From Pecten maximus (Eukaryota), in NCBI RefSeq assembly GCF_902652985.1, contig NC_047017.1:4588001-4652000 (forward strand): a DNA stretch of 64,000 bases, written 5' to 3'. Position numbers and translations under genes: made by a program. Positions 1-13,400 of the stretch are shown here, piece after piece. The notes beneath the pieces were generated by a model that worked only from the letters and a program-made list of their open reading frames with translations, made no database searches and was not told where the DNA came from. The first letter of the stretch is position 1. Each line of letters starts with the position of its first letter.

Positions 1-240
1 CGACAAGTCACGTGGTTCATTGCAACAGTCGCGCGGTACACGACAACAGTCATTTGGTACGCTACAGCAGTCACGTGGTACATGGTAACAGTCACGTGGT
101 ACGCTACAACAGTCACGTGGTACGCTACAACAGTCACGTGGTACGCTACAACAGTCACGTGGTACATGGTTACATTCGCATGGTACACAGCAACAGTCAC
201 GTGGTGCACTACAACAGTCACGTGGTGCACCACAACAGTT
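1..240. repeat. 21-bp minisatellite (runs off the left edge)
   Basis: About 11 units of ACAGTCACGTGGTACGCTACA. Confidence 0.95.
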
Positions 241-2339
241 GATCGGGGACACAACTAGACAACAGGGGTTTTATTCTCCGACCGGACAAGGATATCATGG
301 TTTAATTTCTTTGTGTACTCTAGTTTCTTTCCACACTAAGACCCCCCCGCGCGCTTGCATCCATGCAAACATTGCTTCACAATTGTTTACAGTTATGGTC
401 ACGTGACACAAGTTTGTTTTGTGACTGAATTAACGTTTGCGTATCACTGTACAAGGAAAAAGGAAATTGTCAGTTAAATGTATTTCCTTGGTAACAGCAG
501 ATGTTTTACACACCACTCCCAGATCAAAGAAATTCACCGATAGATATATCGATTTACAAACATTTCAAATCGATATTCAACAGGAAACGTGTACGTTGCC
601 TAGAAAGAGGTCTACGCTTCAGATTCTTCAACTTCAGAAATAATTACATAGATAAGTGTATATACTTAAGTATGTATATAAACAGTTATTCGAGAAACAT
701 TTTTGCAGATATAGACTCTCTTCAAAACTTCGTTAAGAATTAGTTTTAACCCAGATGTGCTTCCATTTTAATAAACTCCTAATATTGCCTCAGACTTCAG
801 ATACGTCTATTTTAAATAGCAAACAGAAAAGTGGGTTAGCAGATGTAATCTTCGCATGCATGCATGAGAGCTCATAACTTCCAATTTATCCCAGATTCAA
901 TTTATTCTCATTTATTCAGTAGGCTATAGAACATCTAGCATGATGACGTCATTTCCTTACAGTTTTTGTGTTTGGAAATAAACCCAACTCAATTAGAGGC
1001 ACGTCACGTTTTTTTGGAGATATTTCATTGCAAATATTTACGTTTGAGAACAACATTGCGTTCCTACTCAGGATGTTATGTTTACAGAGTAATTGTAAGA
1101 TTGGTATCTTAAAGCTGTACCTTCACGCAAACACTAGCAGGAAGCAGCAGGCATTGTTCATTCTGCTTGTCGGTGAGCTCAGTTTTTTACGGTCCATCGT
1201 CTACAAAATACTGAATAGTTGTTAAATTTCGCGGGCTAATATTTCGCGGTTGTCCCAGTCGGAACTAGTTTTTGAGTGTAATAAATATCACGTAAGACCG
1301 TCTTGAACACCTTTTGAAATAGACACATCCATACATTTGTGAGTACATTTGTATAATATATAAATATTAGTTGGATATTTTTTTTTACAACAATTGAGAA
1401 ACAAGTTATATCATCTGATATTTATCAACCTTGTCTGCCCTGATGAAAGCGCGCGAGGCATTCATATTACTTATGCAAAAGTAAATGTATTTGTAATCTA
1501 CATAACAATTGCAATACAGTATTGAAGGTTATGTAAACACATTTTAGCTCTGTATTTCATACCAGTGAAAACCATGATAACCACACACAAAAAAAACCTC
1601 TTTAAAATTGCAAAATTACATTATTTTGTTTGATAAAGCTGAAAATTGGTCCATAAGGGATTTGAGTGATGACAAGTAGAACAAAACAATAGATGCACTT
1701 TTGTTGTCATAGTAACCAACATGATGAGGTTTATCTTACCCGGACTACATTTCCAAACTTGCATATTTAAATGAAACTAAAGAAGAATGTTACGGACCAT
1801 GTGTATATGTGCATGCAGTTTTTTCTCTCGTAAATTTTGGTTACCATGGTAACATATTACTATACACAGGTTTTGTGCAATGACCAATATATCAACAGTC
1901 TTTTGATCAGTTTTATTCAAGCGTGACCATGTAACGTAATTTATTAATGTTAATAATGTAAGTCACCAGGTGTTTCCAGAATCGTTACTATGGAAACAAA
2001 ATGAAGGCTTCTGATTGGCCAAACTGATCAAGCTGAAAATCGATAAGGGACTACAAATACTTTGGTGCTAATAATGGAATCCTTTGAAGCACACACATTT
2101 TACAGTATGGAGAATAAAATACAAATATATATTGACAGATTTTTCAAGGTAAAGGTCACGGTCTCGATTACCCGTCCCGTCACTTGTTTGGACCCCCTAC
2201 AGAGGAAATGATACGGGGCTTATACTCCAGTTTGTAATGTTCAATACAGTTATTTACATCTGCGTGTAGTTAGCGTAGGGATGGTGAAAATAGAGATAGG
2301 ATGACCATTGATTACCGCACAGTAACACAAAGTGTGATG

Positions 2340-2700
2340 GAACATCAAACTTACCGAACAAATGTAAGCAAACGACACATCAAGCTTACCGTCTAAATGT
2401 AAGCAAACGACCAAACAAAACATCAAGCTTAGCGTGTAAATGCTAGCAAACGACCAAACAAAACATCAAGGCTACCGTAAAAATGTTAGCAAACGACCAA
2501 ACAGCGCAAAGCGTTATAGCACATCAAATTTACCGTATTAATGTAAACAAATGGCCAAACAGCACATTCAGCTTACCGTCAAAAAGTTAGCAAACGACCA
2601 AACAGCACATCAAGCTTACCGTCTAAATGTAAGCAAACGACCAAACAAAACATCAAGCTTACCGTATAATTGTTAGCAAACGGCAGCACATCAAGCTTAA
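2340..2700. repeat. Degenerate ~43-bp tandem repeat
   Basis: About 8 units of CATCAAGCTTACCGTCTAAATGTAAGCAAACGACCAAACAAAA. Confidence 0.9.
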
Positions 2701-5700
2701 CAAACAAGTGTCTGCAAACATTTTAACATAAAGTGCTGAAGCACATAAAGCTTTCATGACATGAATTATTGGCATGCACGCACAGAACAATTGATATCTT
2801 AATGGTACATATTCATTTAAACTAAACAATTGCCGACTCCTGCTCCAAAAACTGAAAAACATTCATTTAAACAGCATACGGGCGTTTCGGTGAACTTGCA
2901 AACCCGCAGGATTATCTCCGGAATGACTATATCCACCATTTTATTGGCGAATTGGCGTTTGAAGAAATCCTTATGACCTATTTCCGGTGACCCTATATTC
3001 TATTGGGGAATTAACGAAACGGTAAACTCCCAAGAGTCGTATAATTGTGGTGGTTGATGATTGAAAAAACTCGCGGAAATTCATCAGTTGCAATGTCGAT
3101 AAGAATAATTGGACACATACTATCGAAAACTTAGAATTTCATTATGTTATCTTCGCTTCACGACCATTATAGTGTTGTCTGTTCCTCTGCCAAGCAAAAC
3201 TACGGGATGTTTGTATATAACGTAGGATTTACGGGTGCTGGGAACAAACGCAAAACACTTGTTTAGTCGACGGAATTTCAAACATTCACCTCAGTCGAGA
3301 TACAACATAAATGTAGTTGGCGTAATTTCAACATCTTGTTCAAACCGTACTTCTTTCTAATTTCAATCTCATTAACCTTAATTGGTTCTAAGCTGACCTA
3401 GTCTTAGAGATTGTTTTACGCGATTCTACACTATCTTAAATATGACCAAGGTAACGACTTATTGCCAAACAGAAGTAGATTTTTGGCGGGTACTCATTCC
3501 AGTACAGTAAGTAATTACATATATTTCTCTAACGGCGTCACAATGGTCAAAAGATCTCTTGGCATACTTTGGCGTTCCGACAGCATGAGTAACGAATGCA
3601 GCACCAATTAATAAAACATGGCTTGTTTATCTTATTTTGCTCGTCAATGATACCGTCGTATAACGAGCGATTTAGGAACCGGTACAATTGATTGAAAACA
3701 ACGAACAATTCGACACGGTCTGACGTTTTCTGCCATTTTTTTTCCTATTGTATTTTGATATACGATATTTCAGGGGCTGCCTGACGAAATATCTTTGCTT
3801 ATAAACTATCTTTTTGGTCTAAACAAAACTGCTGCATGTATTCATGGTAGGTGTTTCGTGGTTGATTGAATTAATACACCTGTTTGGAACACGAGATTTA
3901 GCGCAGACAGTTTTCATTTTTGGAGAGAGCTGATCTGAAAATTAAGACATATTTTGAATCATCATATCTAAAACTATCCACATTAAGTTTGAACAGTTGA
4001 GACGCTAAAAGCATAAAATATCCATCGTGAATTTAGTAAAAAAAAATTCTGAAATTAGAACAACAATTCAGCTGAATTTCTCGCTGTCGGACATAATTCT
4101 GCTGTCTATATTTTATCGCCTCGGTAAGTGATGCATTGGAAAATCGCTCAACCTGTGACGTCACACAGCATCATTAGAGTCACGATGGAGTTTTTTTTTC
4201 TTATTATCCCATTTCCTGTCTAAACCTGTTCACCTGCGGGAAATCAAACCTTATTAAACTTTTTCCCCTCTGACCGATGGAAGCGATATCCGGGAAATCA
4301 ATTTTACATCCTGGCAATTACTCCGCTGTGACGTCATCGTCTTGATTTTCAGGTTCCCTGTGATCGATATGTCTCAAATAGAAATCGGCCACACAGGCCT
4401 TGTGTGTTGATAAATAACTTCGGTACCAGTAATTACATGATATCAATAAGTTTGTCCTCCCACTCCTAAAAATATGCCACCGTTCTGCTCCTTACTCACG
4501 GATCCGCCGAACGAAAACACGACGAAGCTATCCTAGACATTTGAAATCGATAAACACCGCCATCACCTTTTACAGTTTAATTGCGTTATCGGTATGCGTC
4601 CTTGTGCCAATTTTTAAGTGGTATTCCTGGAAAAGTGTCATATAGAAGACAACACCATGGTGTTTATGCAGTGTTTAGGCTGTAGCATCACACGGGACGT
4701 GAAAACGGAACGTAAAATAAAATTTAAAAAAAATACTCGCATTTTATTTAGAACGAATACAGTTATGTTGCAAGTCAAGTTCTTTAAAAACAGTGTCTCA
4801 TTTACCGATCTTCTGTTGGGTGTGCTGTGTTTCGCTTTATTTTGAGTTAATTTAATTACCATGTAGCAAAGAAAAAAAATGTGTGTGCCCTCATATACCG
4901 ATGTTTTGCGTGCTACATTTTGTAATTTTGAAATTTATGTTTGAGTTTGAACAATTTGAGAAGATTGGTTGTGTTTAAACTGGCTTTAAATAACTTTTTT
5001 TTTACCATGAAGATCGTGACGAGATTATGTAAGACTAACTTAGCGCCGCGTCTGTTTTCGCTGTGGTATTTCAGAGCAGCAGTTCCTTCTCTCTGTATCA
5101 TGAAACCCCCCAATATCCTAAACATCATTAGGATAATTGGGTGTGTCATTAACCTTAAATCGAGAAATTGCGACATCATTGCATGGGTTTGGGGTCCTTT
5201 CATCTTAAATTAAGATTACATAGAATTCAGTAAAAACATTTAGAGTATATTTTTGACGCCTCTCCAAAAATGAGTTTTGTTTCATGGTTGACAGGACAGA
5301 CGTATTAGCCATGTTACAAAATTCATATTTGAGGTAAAAAAATTTATTTGATTTATCAAACGATTAAATTTTAAGGTCAACTAAAAGCCTTGAAAACGTA
5401 TGAGTAGTGTCAAAATATTAATACATTGACTTCGCCATGATTTTGGACAAGCTCGAAGTTCTGTAATTTATGAAACCCTGTAGCTGTAAAAATCTTTCGT
5501 TTAAAATATTTTTCTTTTGGTTTCGTGAAAAGTAGAAAAATTGCGACAGTTTGTGAAGAAACCCTTGAATATAATTAAATCAATGAACACGCTCGTCAAA
5601 TACGGTATCAGCTCACATTACGTCGTCTACACTGAAATATGTTTGCAAATTTTCAATTTCTAATTTTCACGTTTCGTGTTTAATCTACAATGTATAAAAG

Positions 5701-6240
5701 AATACGTTAAAAGTAATAAGCAGCTGATGGCTTTAAATGAATCTGTAGATTTAATTCCAGCTTATTATTTTGTCAGTTTTCCCGAGGGGATCATTAAGCA
5801 CATAACGTCTCGCGATGATGGACGAGAAAACACGAGATTACTCTACAAAGGCTTCATTTACGTTTTTGCCAGAAAGTCGACAGGATGACGTAATCATTAA
5901 TTTTCAACTTGTCGGAAACGTTTCAAGGAATAATTATTCTTCAGTAAAGTTTTTAAAATTTCGTTTGTTAATTTTTAAAATCTTCCCTGCCGCTCTTCTC
6001 ACAAAATTACATTGTTTTGAAGTGTGACAAGAAGACGAGTTTGAGGCCATTTACGAGGCTATTACTGTTGTTGATTTGGTCGTCTGCCGTGAAACTCTAG
6101 GGATATAAAGATGTTGTTCAGATGACAAACAAATGCATTGAACTTTTGAACATGAATTTAGTAATAATAATGGAGTTAGTATATGATGAATGATTAGTAC
6201 TAAACACCTAAACATCTGAGATGTTTGGGCCCAAAAATAT

Positions 6241-6500
6241 TCAACTCGAAATCACTCTGAGCTCAAACTACATTATCGAAATCGGTCTGAGCTCCTGCTA
6301 CATTATCGAATTCAGTGTGAGCTTTTGCTACGTTATCGAAATCGGTCTGAACTAAGGCTACATTATCGAATTCAGTGTGAGCTTTTGCTACGTTATCGAA
6401 ATCGGTCTGAACTAAGGCTACATTATCGAAATAAGTCTTTTATGTTACATTATCAAAACCAGTTTAAAGTTTTGATGCATTATCGAAATCGGTGTGATCT
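6241..6500. repeat. 30-bp tandem repeat with 60-bp dimer
   Basis: (C/T)ATTATCGAAA recurs every 30 bp; 6301-6360 is identical to 6361-6420. Confidence 0.9.
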
Positions 6501-8239
6501 ACAGCGTGTTCCATTTAGCGGAACGTTCCTGTTGTGCCAACTTGGAACGGGTTCGCTAAATGGTACATGACGTTCCAATAACGTTCTGTGCACGCGAAAT
6601 CCAACATGGCGGACTTGACCATGATTGCGTCAGTGTCCTATACGTTTTTGTATGTCGTGTTCCGTTACTTTCGCTATGTCGTGTCTACATGTCATATCAC
6701 ATAAAAACAAACATGTTTTCCTTGTAAAGCATAACAACGTCGATGAATCGAAAACATATTTAACTGACTTATCTCTTATATAATGCATATTCTACCTTTA
6801 AAACGATTCCAGACTGCATCCAAACAACATAATATATCCATGAACATAACAGCTGTAAATCTTCACTAATTTCTTCCTCGCGAGATAAAAATGTGGTATA
6901 AAAAACGGTTATACGCAATTTCCCAATGTTCTTCTTATTGTTTATCTTTTATAGGCAAGAACGAGTGATTTTTATGGACAAAATCTGTTCATATCGATTG
7001 AGGGCGAAATGTTCATTTTTAGTGACTACAAAATGGCGAGTTCCAGGTTGATAATTTGAAAAAAAATATAGGAACGGTGATAATTATTGAACTGAAACTG
7101 TTTATTTTATTTTTTCGTAAGCATTTCTGTCGACTAGCAAATCTTTTATGTGTGTAGCCCTTAATTTGGTAAAAATATTAAAAGATAAATTTTTGAAATT
7201 AAGATAGGTTCAAGACCAAATAATGAGCTATTTCCAGTTTAATTACCTTCAAGTGTTTCGACAGACTTTTCTTGAATCATTTGGCTATCAGCAAAATCGT
7301 TAAGGAGGAAAATGACAGTAAATACATTCTGTTGTAAACGGTCTAATATTGTTTTTTTAAAGACTGGCCAAATCCAAAGACTCACTCTCTTTCTTCAAAT
7401 ATCTGGTTTTATATTTCAATATACAATATCATCATTTAATTTACTAACAAGTCATTCCTAAATGCCTCAGAGTAAAAAGAAATGGTTTTGGCTAATGATC
7501 GTTCCAACGGTGGTTACAAAAACTTAATACATAAACGTTTACGTACATATATTGTAGGTGTTGAACATCACTGCTCCAAAAATGTGATTGGAAGTTTCTG
7601 ATATAAACAGTAGCATCGTCAAACATGTCGTGACGTAAAAAGTATTAATAAGCCAAGACATTTAGAGATGTTTGTCTTCTCCCCGTAAAAAACTTATGGA
7701 TACTTTTAGACACTTGTGATAAATTTGACACGAAGCGCACTGAAAGTACTATAAATTTTGATCATTTTTCTTTCACCTGTTGTCATCTTTTGTTGTGCTT
7801 GTTGCCGAAAAACACAATTTACCGGATATAACCTGAAGAGTCAAGTCGTAATCCTTTCAAAGCAATTACAATTCCCGCAGTTGGGATCGCTAAAAGGATA
7901 CGGAACAGCTGAAATACAGGTTAACACATCATGCATACATATATAACGCATTTTGTGTAAATTGTAATCTGAGGCGATATTATCGAAATCAGCATGAACT
8001 TACGTTTTTATCGAAATTAACTCGCTTTATGATATTGGTAGTTGGTTCGCTAATACCAATTATGACAAGGCGACATTGCATATCATACGTGTTTTCTCCA
8101 CATCTTTGTAATATTTAGGTTTAACATGAAAATAAATGTTATGTTACGAAGGGGAAAAGTGTACTCCAAAAAATAAAAAGGCATAAGAGCTAATCCTAAA
8201 AAAATCATATATAATACACAAACCCTGTTCAAACCTATT

Positions 8240-9401
8240 TTACTGGTGGACTGGATACTTCTCCTTCATCAGGCCCATACTAGACTATGGGGATATCGTC
8301 TGGGATAATATTACTATTCAACAGTCACAATCTCTAGAAAATATTCAACTGGAAGCTGCAAGAATTATAACGGGTGGGACCAAACTTACAAGCCATGCTA
8401 AATTATATGAAGAAACTGGGTGGGACACTCTACAATATCGCCGTAAAGTGAAGAAAATATTGTTCAGGTACACAAAATGATTGTTGACCTCACTCCCCCA
8501 TACCTTTCTAATTTACTCCCTCAACGCAGAATGGACGTTCATCAATATAACACACGCGATGCTGATAACTTAAATAATGTATTCTGTAAAACGAACTTCT
8601 ATAAATACTCTTTTCTCCCTTCTTCTATTGACCTGTGGAACTCACTACCCCCAGATATTAAAAATATGCCCTCCTTTAGTAACCTGAAAAAATACCTACA
8701 CAGACACTCACCGACAGTCCCTCCTTATTATAGTTATGGGAAACGTTCTGATCAGGTTCATCATGCTAGATTGAGGATGAATTGCAGCTCTCTAAATGCC
8801 CATCTATTTAGTCGTAATCTTATCGACAGCCCTGTATGTTCATGTAGACAAGCGCATGAAACCACTGAACACTTTCTATTGTCTTGTCCAAACTATACCA
8901 TTGTAAGAAACGAATGTTTTGTAGATCTACCAATAGACTACACTTTTGATATGCTCCTATACGGAGATCCAAATCTATTGATTACAGAGAATGAAAATAT
9001 TTTCCATTGCATCCAACTTTATATTTTAAAAACCAAACGTTTTTTAAATTAATAGTGCCATTTTACGAGTCCCAAGAGGTCACTAGTGCTGTATATTTAC
9101 ATTATATTACTATGTTTTATTATGTCATTATGCTTATGTAGTACCACTAGGTCCCATTACATCTCTCTCTCTCTCCCCTCTCCCCCTCTCTCTCTCCCCC
9201 TCTATCTCTCTCTCTCATCAATAGTTTTGTTTTTAAGTTATACTATTTGACTAATAAATGGCTATACAGTGTTGTCACCCGCCAATCTATTATTTAAGGA
9301 GACAGATTTAAATAAGTATTTTCATATTTTTTTCTTAATCCCTTTATTATTATGTATCATATATATGACATGTAAATATTGAATAAAATATTGTTTAAAC
9401 T
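8240..9401 (+). mobile_element. 5'-truncated LINE (CR1/L2-group) 3' end
   Basis: FIRPILDYGDIVWD...LENIQLEAARIITG...GW, a frameshift near 8470, then SFLPSSIDLWNSLP...CSC...ETTEHFLLSCP. The 3' UTR has a CT tract and AATAAA...(TAAAC)2 tail. Flanking direct repeat AAACCTATT at 8231 and 9402. Confidence 0.9.
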
Positions 9402-9875
9402 AAACCTATTGTATCAACCAATCAAAAGCGACGTTACAAACGTTTACGTCATTATCACGTTATAGACTGAAAGAATATTTTTTTGAGTAAAATGAAATAA
9501 TACTTATATTCCAGTAAAACATAATATAGTATAGTACAATAATATTCAATATTGGTGGTCACAAATACAGCCTTTACAATTTTGTCTTTGACATTTATAA
9601 CCGCGAAAATAATTAAATCGCGAACAGTAAATTGACAGCCTAGTAAACTACATGTATGCTGCTGGGTTTAGTTTATACTTATTGCTAACATAATGGTTAG
9701 TTTTGTACGTACGTACATCACTTCAAGATCAGAGAAAGGTCACGCACTCGTCAAAGTAACATACCATACCAATGAAATGCGGGGGTAACATCGAACATCT
9801 TTCTCACGGTGTACAACTCTCTAATTACACTCTTATTAATTGGCCTTTTTGCAGAGTGGAGCTGGACTCGTGAGG

Positions 9876-9881
9876 TATAAA
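9876..9881 (+). promoter_or_regulatory. Candidate TATA box of the PPP1R27-like gene
   Basis: GGTATAAAGCC in a locally GC-richer stretch about 350 bp upstream of the ATG; the TSS itself is not known. Confidence 0.5.
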
Positions 9882-10224
9882 GCCGGGACAACAGACCATG
9901 ATGTGGTAACTCAATACAGCACCGTGCAAGCGGAGCTCTCGTCTGCTAACTCCCGCCTTTTTGAACCCAGCCATATTCTCCGCTCCACAATACAGATGTG
10001 GATGGGCTATCTGTGTGCACTAAGAACATCCGAAGATATACGATAGCCACGGGGGAGTTCGTGGAGGATAAGTACGCAAAACCCGTTACAGGGCGTGACA
10101 TCACTACAACCAACGAGGGATGTATGTGGACAGTGAAATGGTTCTTAGAATGTAAAACAAGACAAATAATGATAGTTTTTGTGAAAGTTGAGATTCAACA
10201 GCTCGAAGGAAAACTTGGATAAAC

Positions 10225-10402
10225 ATGAGTCGACGAGCGAGTTTATACGCCAAACAGAATCCGGGAAAATCACGACCGAAGGTCCATTTCCCGGACGAAC
10301 TGGTGTTCCTGGACAATATAAAGGAAAATGATATACAGGGTTTAAATCACATGTTACGACGTGCAAGCCTACAAGTAGATATTAGCGGTATCAACGATGC
10401 AG
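10225..10402 (+). CDS. PPP1R27: PPP1R27-like coding exon 1
   Basis: AACATGA start at 10225; encodes RRASL, KVHF (RVxF) and LRRASL; donor GCAG|GTAAGT at 10402/10403. Confidence 0.85.
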
Positions 10403-13400
10403 GTAAGTTGTAAATATTAGAAATGGGAGATGGGGGAAGGAGGGCGAAAGGGAGCAGAAGGTTTGAGGGGTGGGGGTAGGGAGGTGGAGGGTTAATTGTC
10501 ACTGGCGATTGTGTGTGTGTGTGTGTGTGTGTTGGGGGGGGGGGGGGGGGGGGGGGGGGACGAACATGTAAATTATCATGGTACAAATAGGTGATGGGGG
10601 TGAAAGGGGGAAGGTTATTAGTGTTAAGGCATTGTGATAAGGTAAAATTTGATATAACAATATATGGCACTCCAAGAATACGTGCGCACAGGCGCATGTC
10701 GCGCGTGATGGCAGCAGCATTCCTTCGTCTCAGCATGTGCTTGCCCTCTTTTGAAAATAACCTACGTATTGTAATTTGTAAGAAGAATTGGAACACACGT
10801 GTTTGTCATCATTCTTCTAAATTGTGAAGTAATGGCCGGGGTACGCATTCTGACCCAGATTGTGAATTAATGGGGTACGCGTTCTGACCCAAATTGTTAT
10901 CTTGAAGCATGAACATGTAGCATTATCTTCTGGATAGAGTATACATCCGACGTAATCTTTAACATCTGTTAGGGATATAACTCATGAAATAAATCATTTT
11001 AGTTGTGGGATTTTCCTTTTCGTGATAAATATGATAAATGTAGCCTAATATTCCGAATCAGATTAAGCATAATCTATCTGAAGTGGGAATTGAGGACAAC
11101 GAGAATTAGAACCCAATTATCAAAATGAAACAATGAACAGATGTCAAATCGTATAACACGTCGATGAAGTATCACGCAGGTGCGAATATAAAACTGAAGG
11201 AATAAACAAACGAAACGAACCGACATGAACAGATTTTTTGTTTGGTTTCAAGTTCGTTTCGTTTCTATCTCATTTCCACTTTTAGTAATACCCAGCACGT
11301 GCATATCTTCCATTGATGCTGACCATTACCCTGGCTTCAAAGCTCTATCAGCTTAATGTTTACATTATACACTTGTACGGACCAGAGCATTATAGAGTGT
11401 GCAGTATAATTAACGTGTTGGCAGAACATATAAAGGGCATAAATACCGCAGGATATTGGAATGGAATGACACTGGCCTCTGATCTGAACAATATTTGAAA
11501 CAATAATGTAAACAATCACCCAGTCGCTACATTCCTGGCAGAGCAAATACGGGTTAGCTGCAGCGAGGCTCTTTTTGTTTACGTTGTAAAGTACGCTTGC
11601 ATTATTTGGGAAATACCGTATTTACCCCTAAATAATTTGTTACAAGTTGAAAATATTAAGTTTATCCATGCTTTAAAACTTCCTCAAATGGCCTTGTTAG
11701 GTAAATTGAACACAATTTTTCTTGGACAAATCCAAACCGAACCAAACACCTTTTATTTAGCTCTATACAGTTACATGCAATTAAAGCGATGGACAATTAC
11801 AAATTGGATAATTACAAATTGGACAATTACAAATTTCATTATATAATTAGAATTTGTATCATTTGCGATGAACTGTTTAAGCCTGTTAATTGTTTTGTAC
11901 ATATTAATTTGAATTGCACATTGACACATTCATATGTAACATGAATATCTCGGTCACATATAGTACAGGGCATCTTAGCGTGAAATAGCTGCTAGGGCTA
12001 CCTTCCATTGTAAGGTTGAATCGACTGTACCACTTATGGATAAAATCACGAGTAATCACTGCCGTACAATCTAATCATTTAATGGAAAGGATTCTGATGT
12101 ACTTGTGCCCTAATGCCGATATTTCAGCAGATCAGGAATTCGACTTTTGTTATGAGTAATGTAATGGTTTATGAAAGTACATATGTTATTTATATAATGA
12201 CGCAAGCAAAGTACATGTATATGTTACATAAATGAAGAATCTGGCGTAAAAGGAAATGCATTAATATGTAACCGACATGTTAAATTGCCTTAGTCAAAAT
12301 ATTTCATATTTAAAGAGATATCGACTATATCCCGTTAGTAACAGAGATAATCATAGACAATATCGCGTCAGTAACAGAGGTAGTTGTGGACAATATCCCG
12401 TCAGTAACAGATATAGATATAGACAATATCCCGTCAGTAACGGAGACAGATATCGACAATATCCCGTCATTAACAAAGATAGATATCGACAATATCCAGT
12501 CAGTAACAGAGACAGATATCGACAATATCCCGTCAGTAACGGAGATGGATATCGACAATATCCCGTCAGTAATAGAGATAGATATAGACAATATCCCGTC
12601 AGTAACAGAGATAGATATCGACAATATCCAGTCAGTAACAGAGACAGATATCGACAATATCCCGTCAGTAATAGAGACAGATATCGACAACATCCCGTCA
12701 GTTATAGAGACAGATATCGACAATATCCCGTCAGTAACAGAGATAGATGTCGACAATATCCCGTCAGTAATAGAGACAGATATCGACAACATCCCGTCAG
12801 TTATAGAGACAGATATCGACAACATCCCGTCAGTTATAGAGACATATATCGACAATATCCCGTCAGTTATAGAGACATATATCGACAATATCCCGTCAGT
12901 AACAGAGATAGATGTCGACAATATCCCGTCAGTTATAGAGACAGATATAGACAATATCACGTCAGTAACAGAAACAGATCTATACCATATCCCATCAGGA
13001 CCAGAGACAGATATCGACAATATCACGTCAGTAATAGAGACAGATATCGACAATATCCCGTCAGTAACAGAGATAGATGTCGACAATATCCCGTCAGTTA
13101 TAGAGACAGATATAGACAATATCACGTCAGTAACAGAAACAGATCTATACCATATCCCATCAGGACCAGAGACAGATATCGACAATATCACGTCAGTAAT
13201 AGAGACAGATATCGACAATATCCCGTCAGTAACAGATATATAGACAATATTCCGTTAGTAACAAAGACAACATGGCGTCAGTTTATGTAACTGACAGTAT
13301 AAATCCATTTTTACAGGTGTACTATGGTAAATATAACTCTAATCTAACAAGACTTGATACCGTAAACTGTGGTATATAACATCTGCCAGGACCACTGCTG

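Noticed and set aside
12-242. His/Val-rich ORF (NSHVVRY)n
   Set aside because: Translation of the 21-bp minisatellite; GTG start and no splice or domain support, though the window edge hides upstream context.
1438-1465. CTGATGA as a hammerhead ribozyme core (also 21283)
   Set aside because: No stem II followed by GAAA at the required position.
8477-9052. 191-aa ORF as a host gene
   Set aside because: It is the C-terminus of a truncated, frameshifted LINE ORF2 with tail and TSD.
10347-10796. 149-aa antisense Pro-rich ORF
   Set aside because: Produced by the poly-G and (TG)n tracts.
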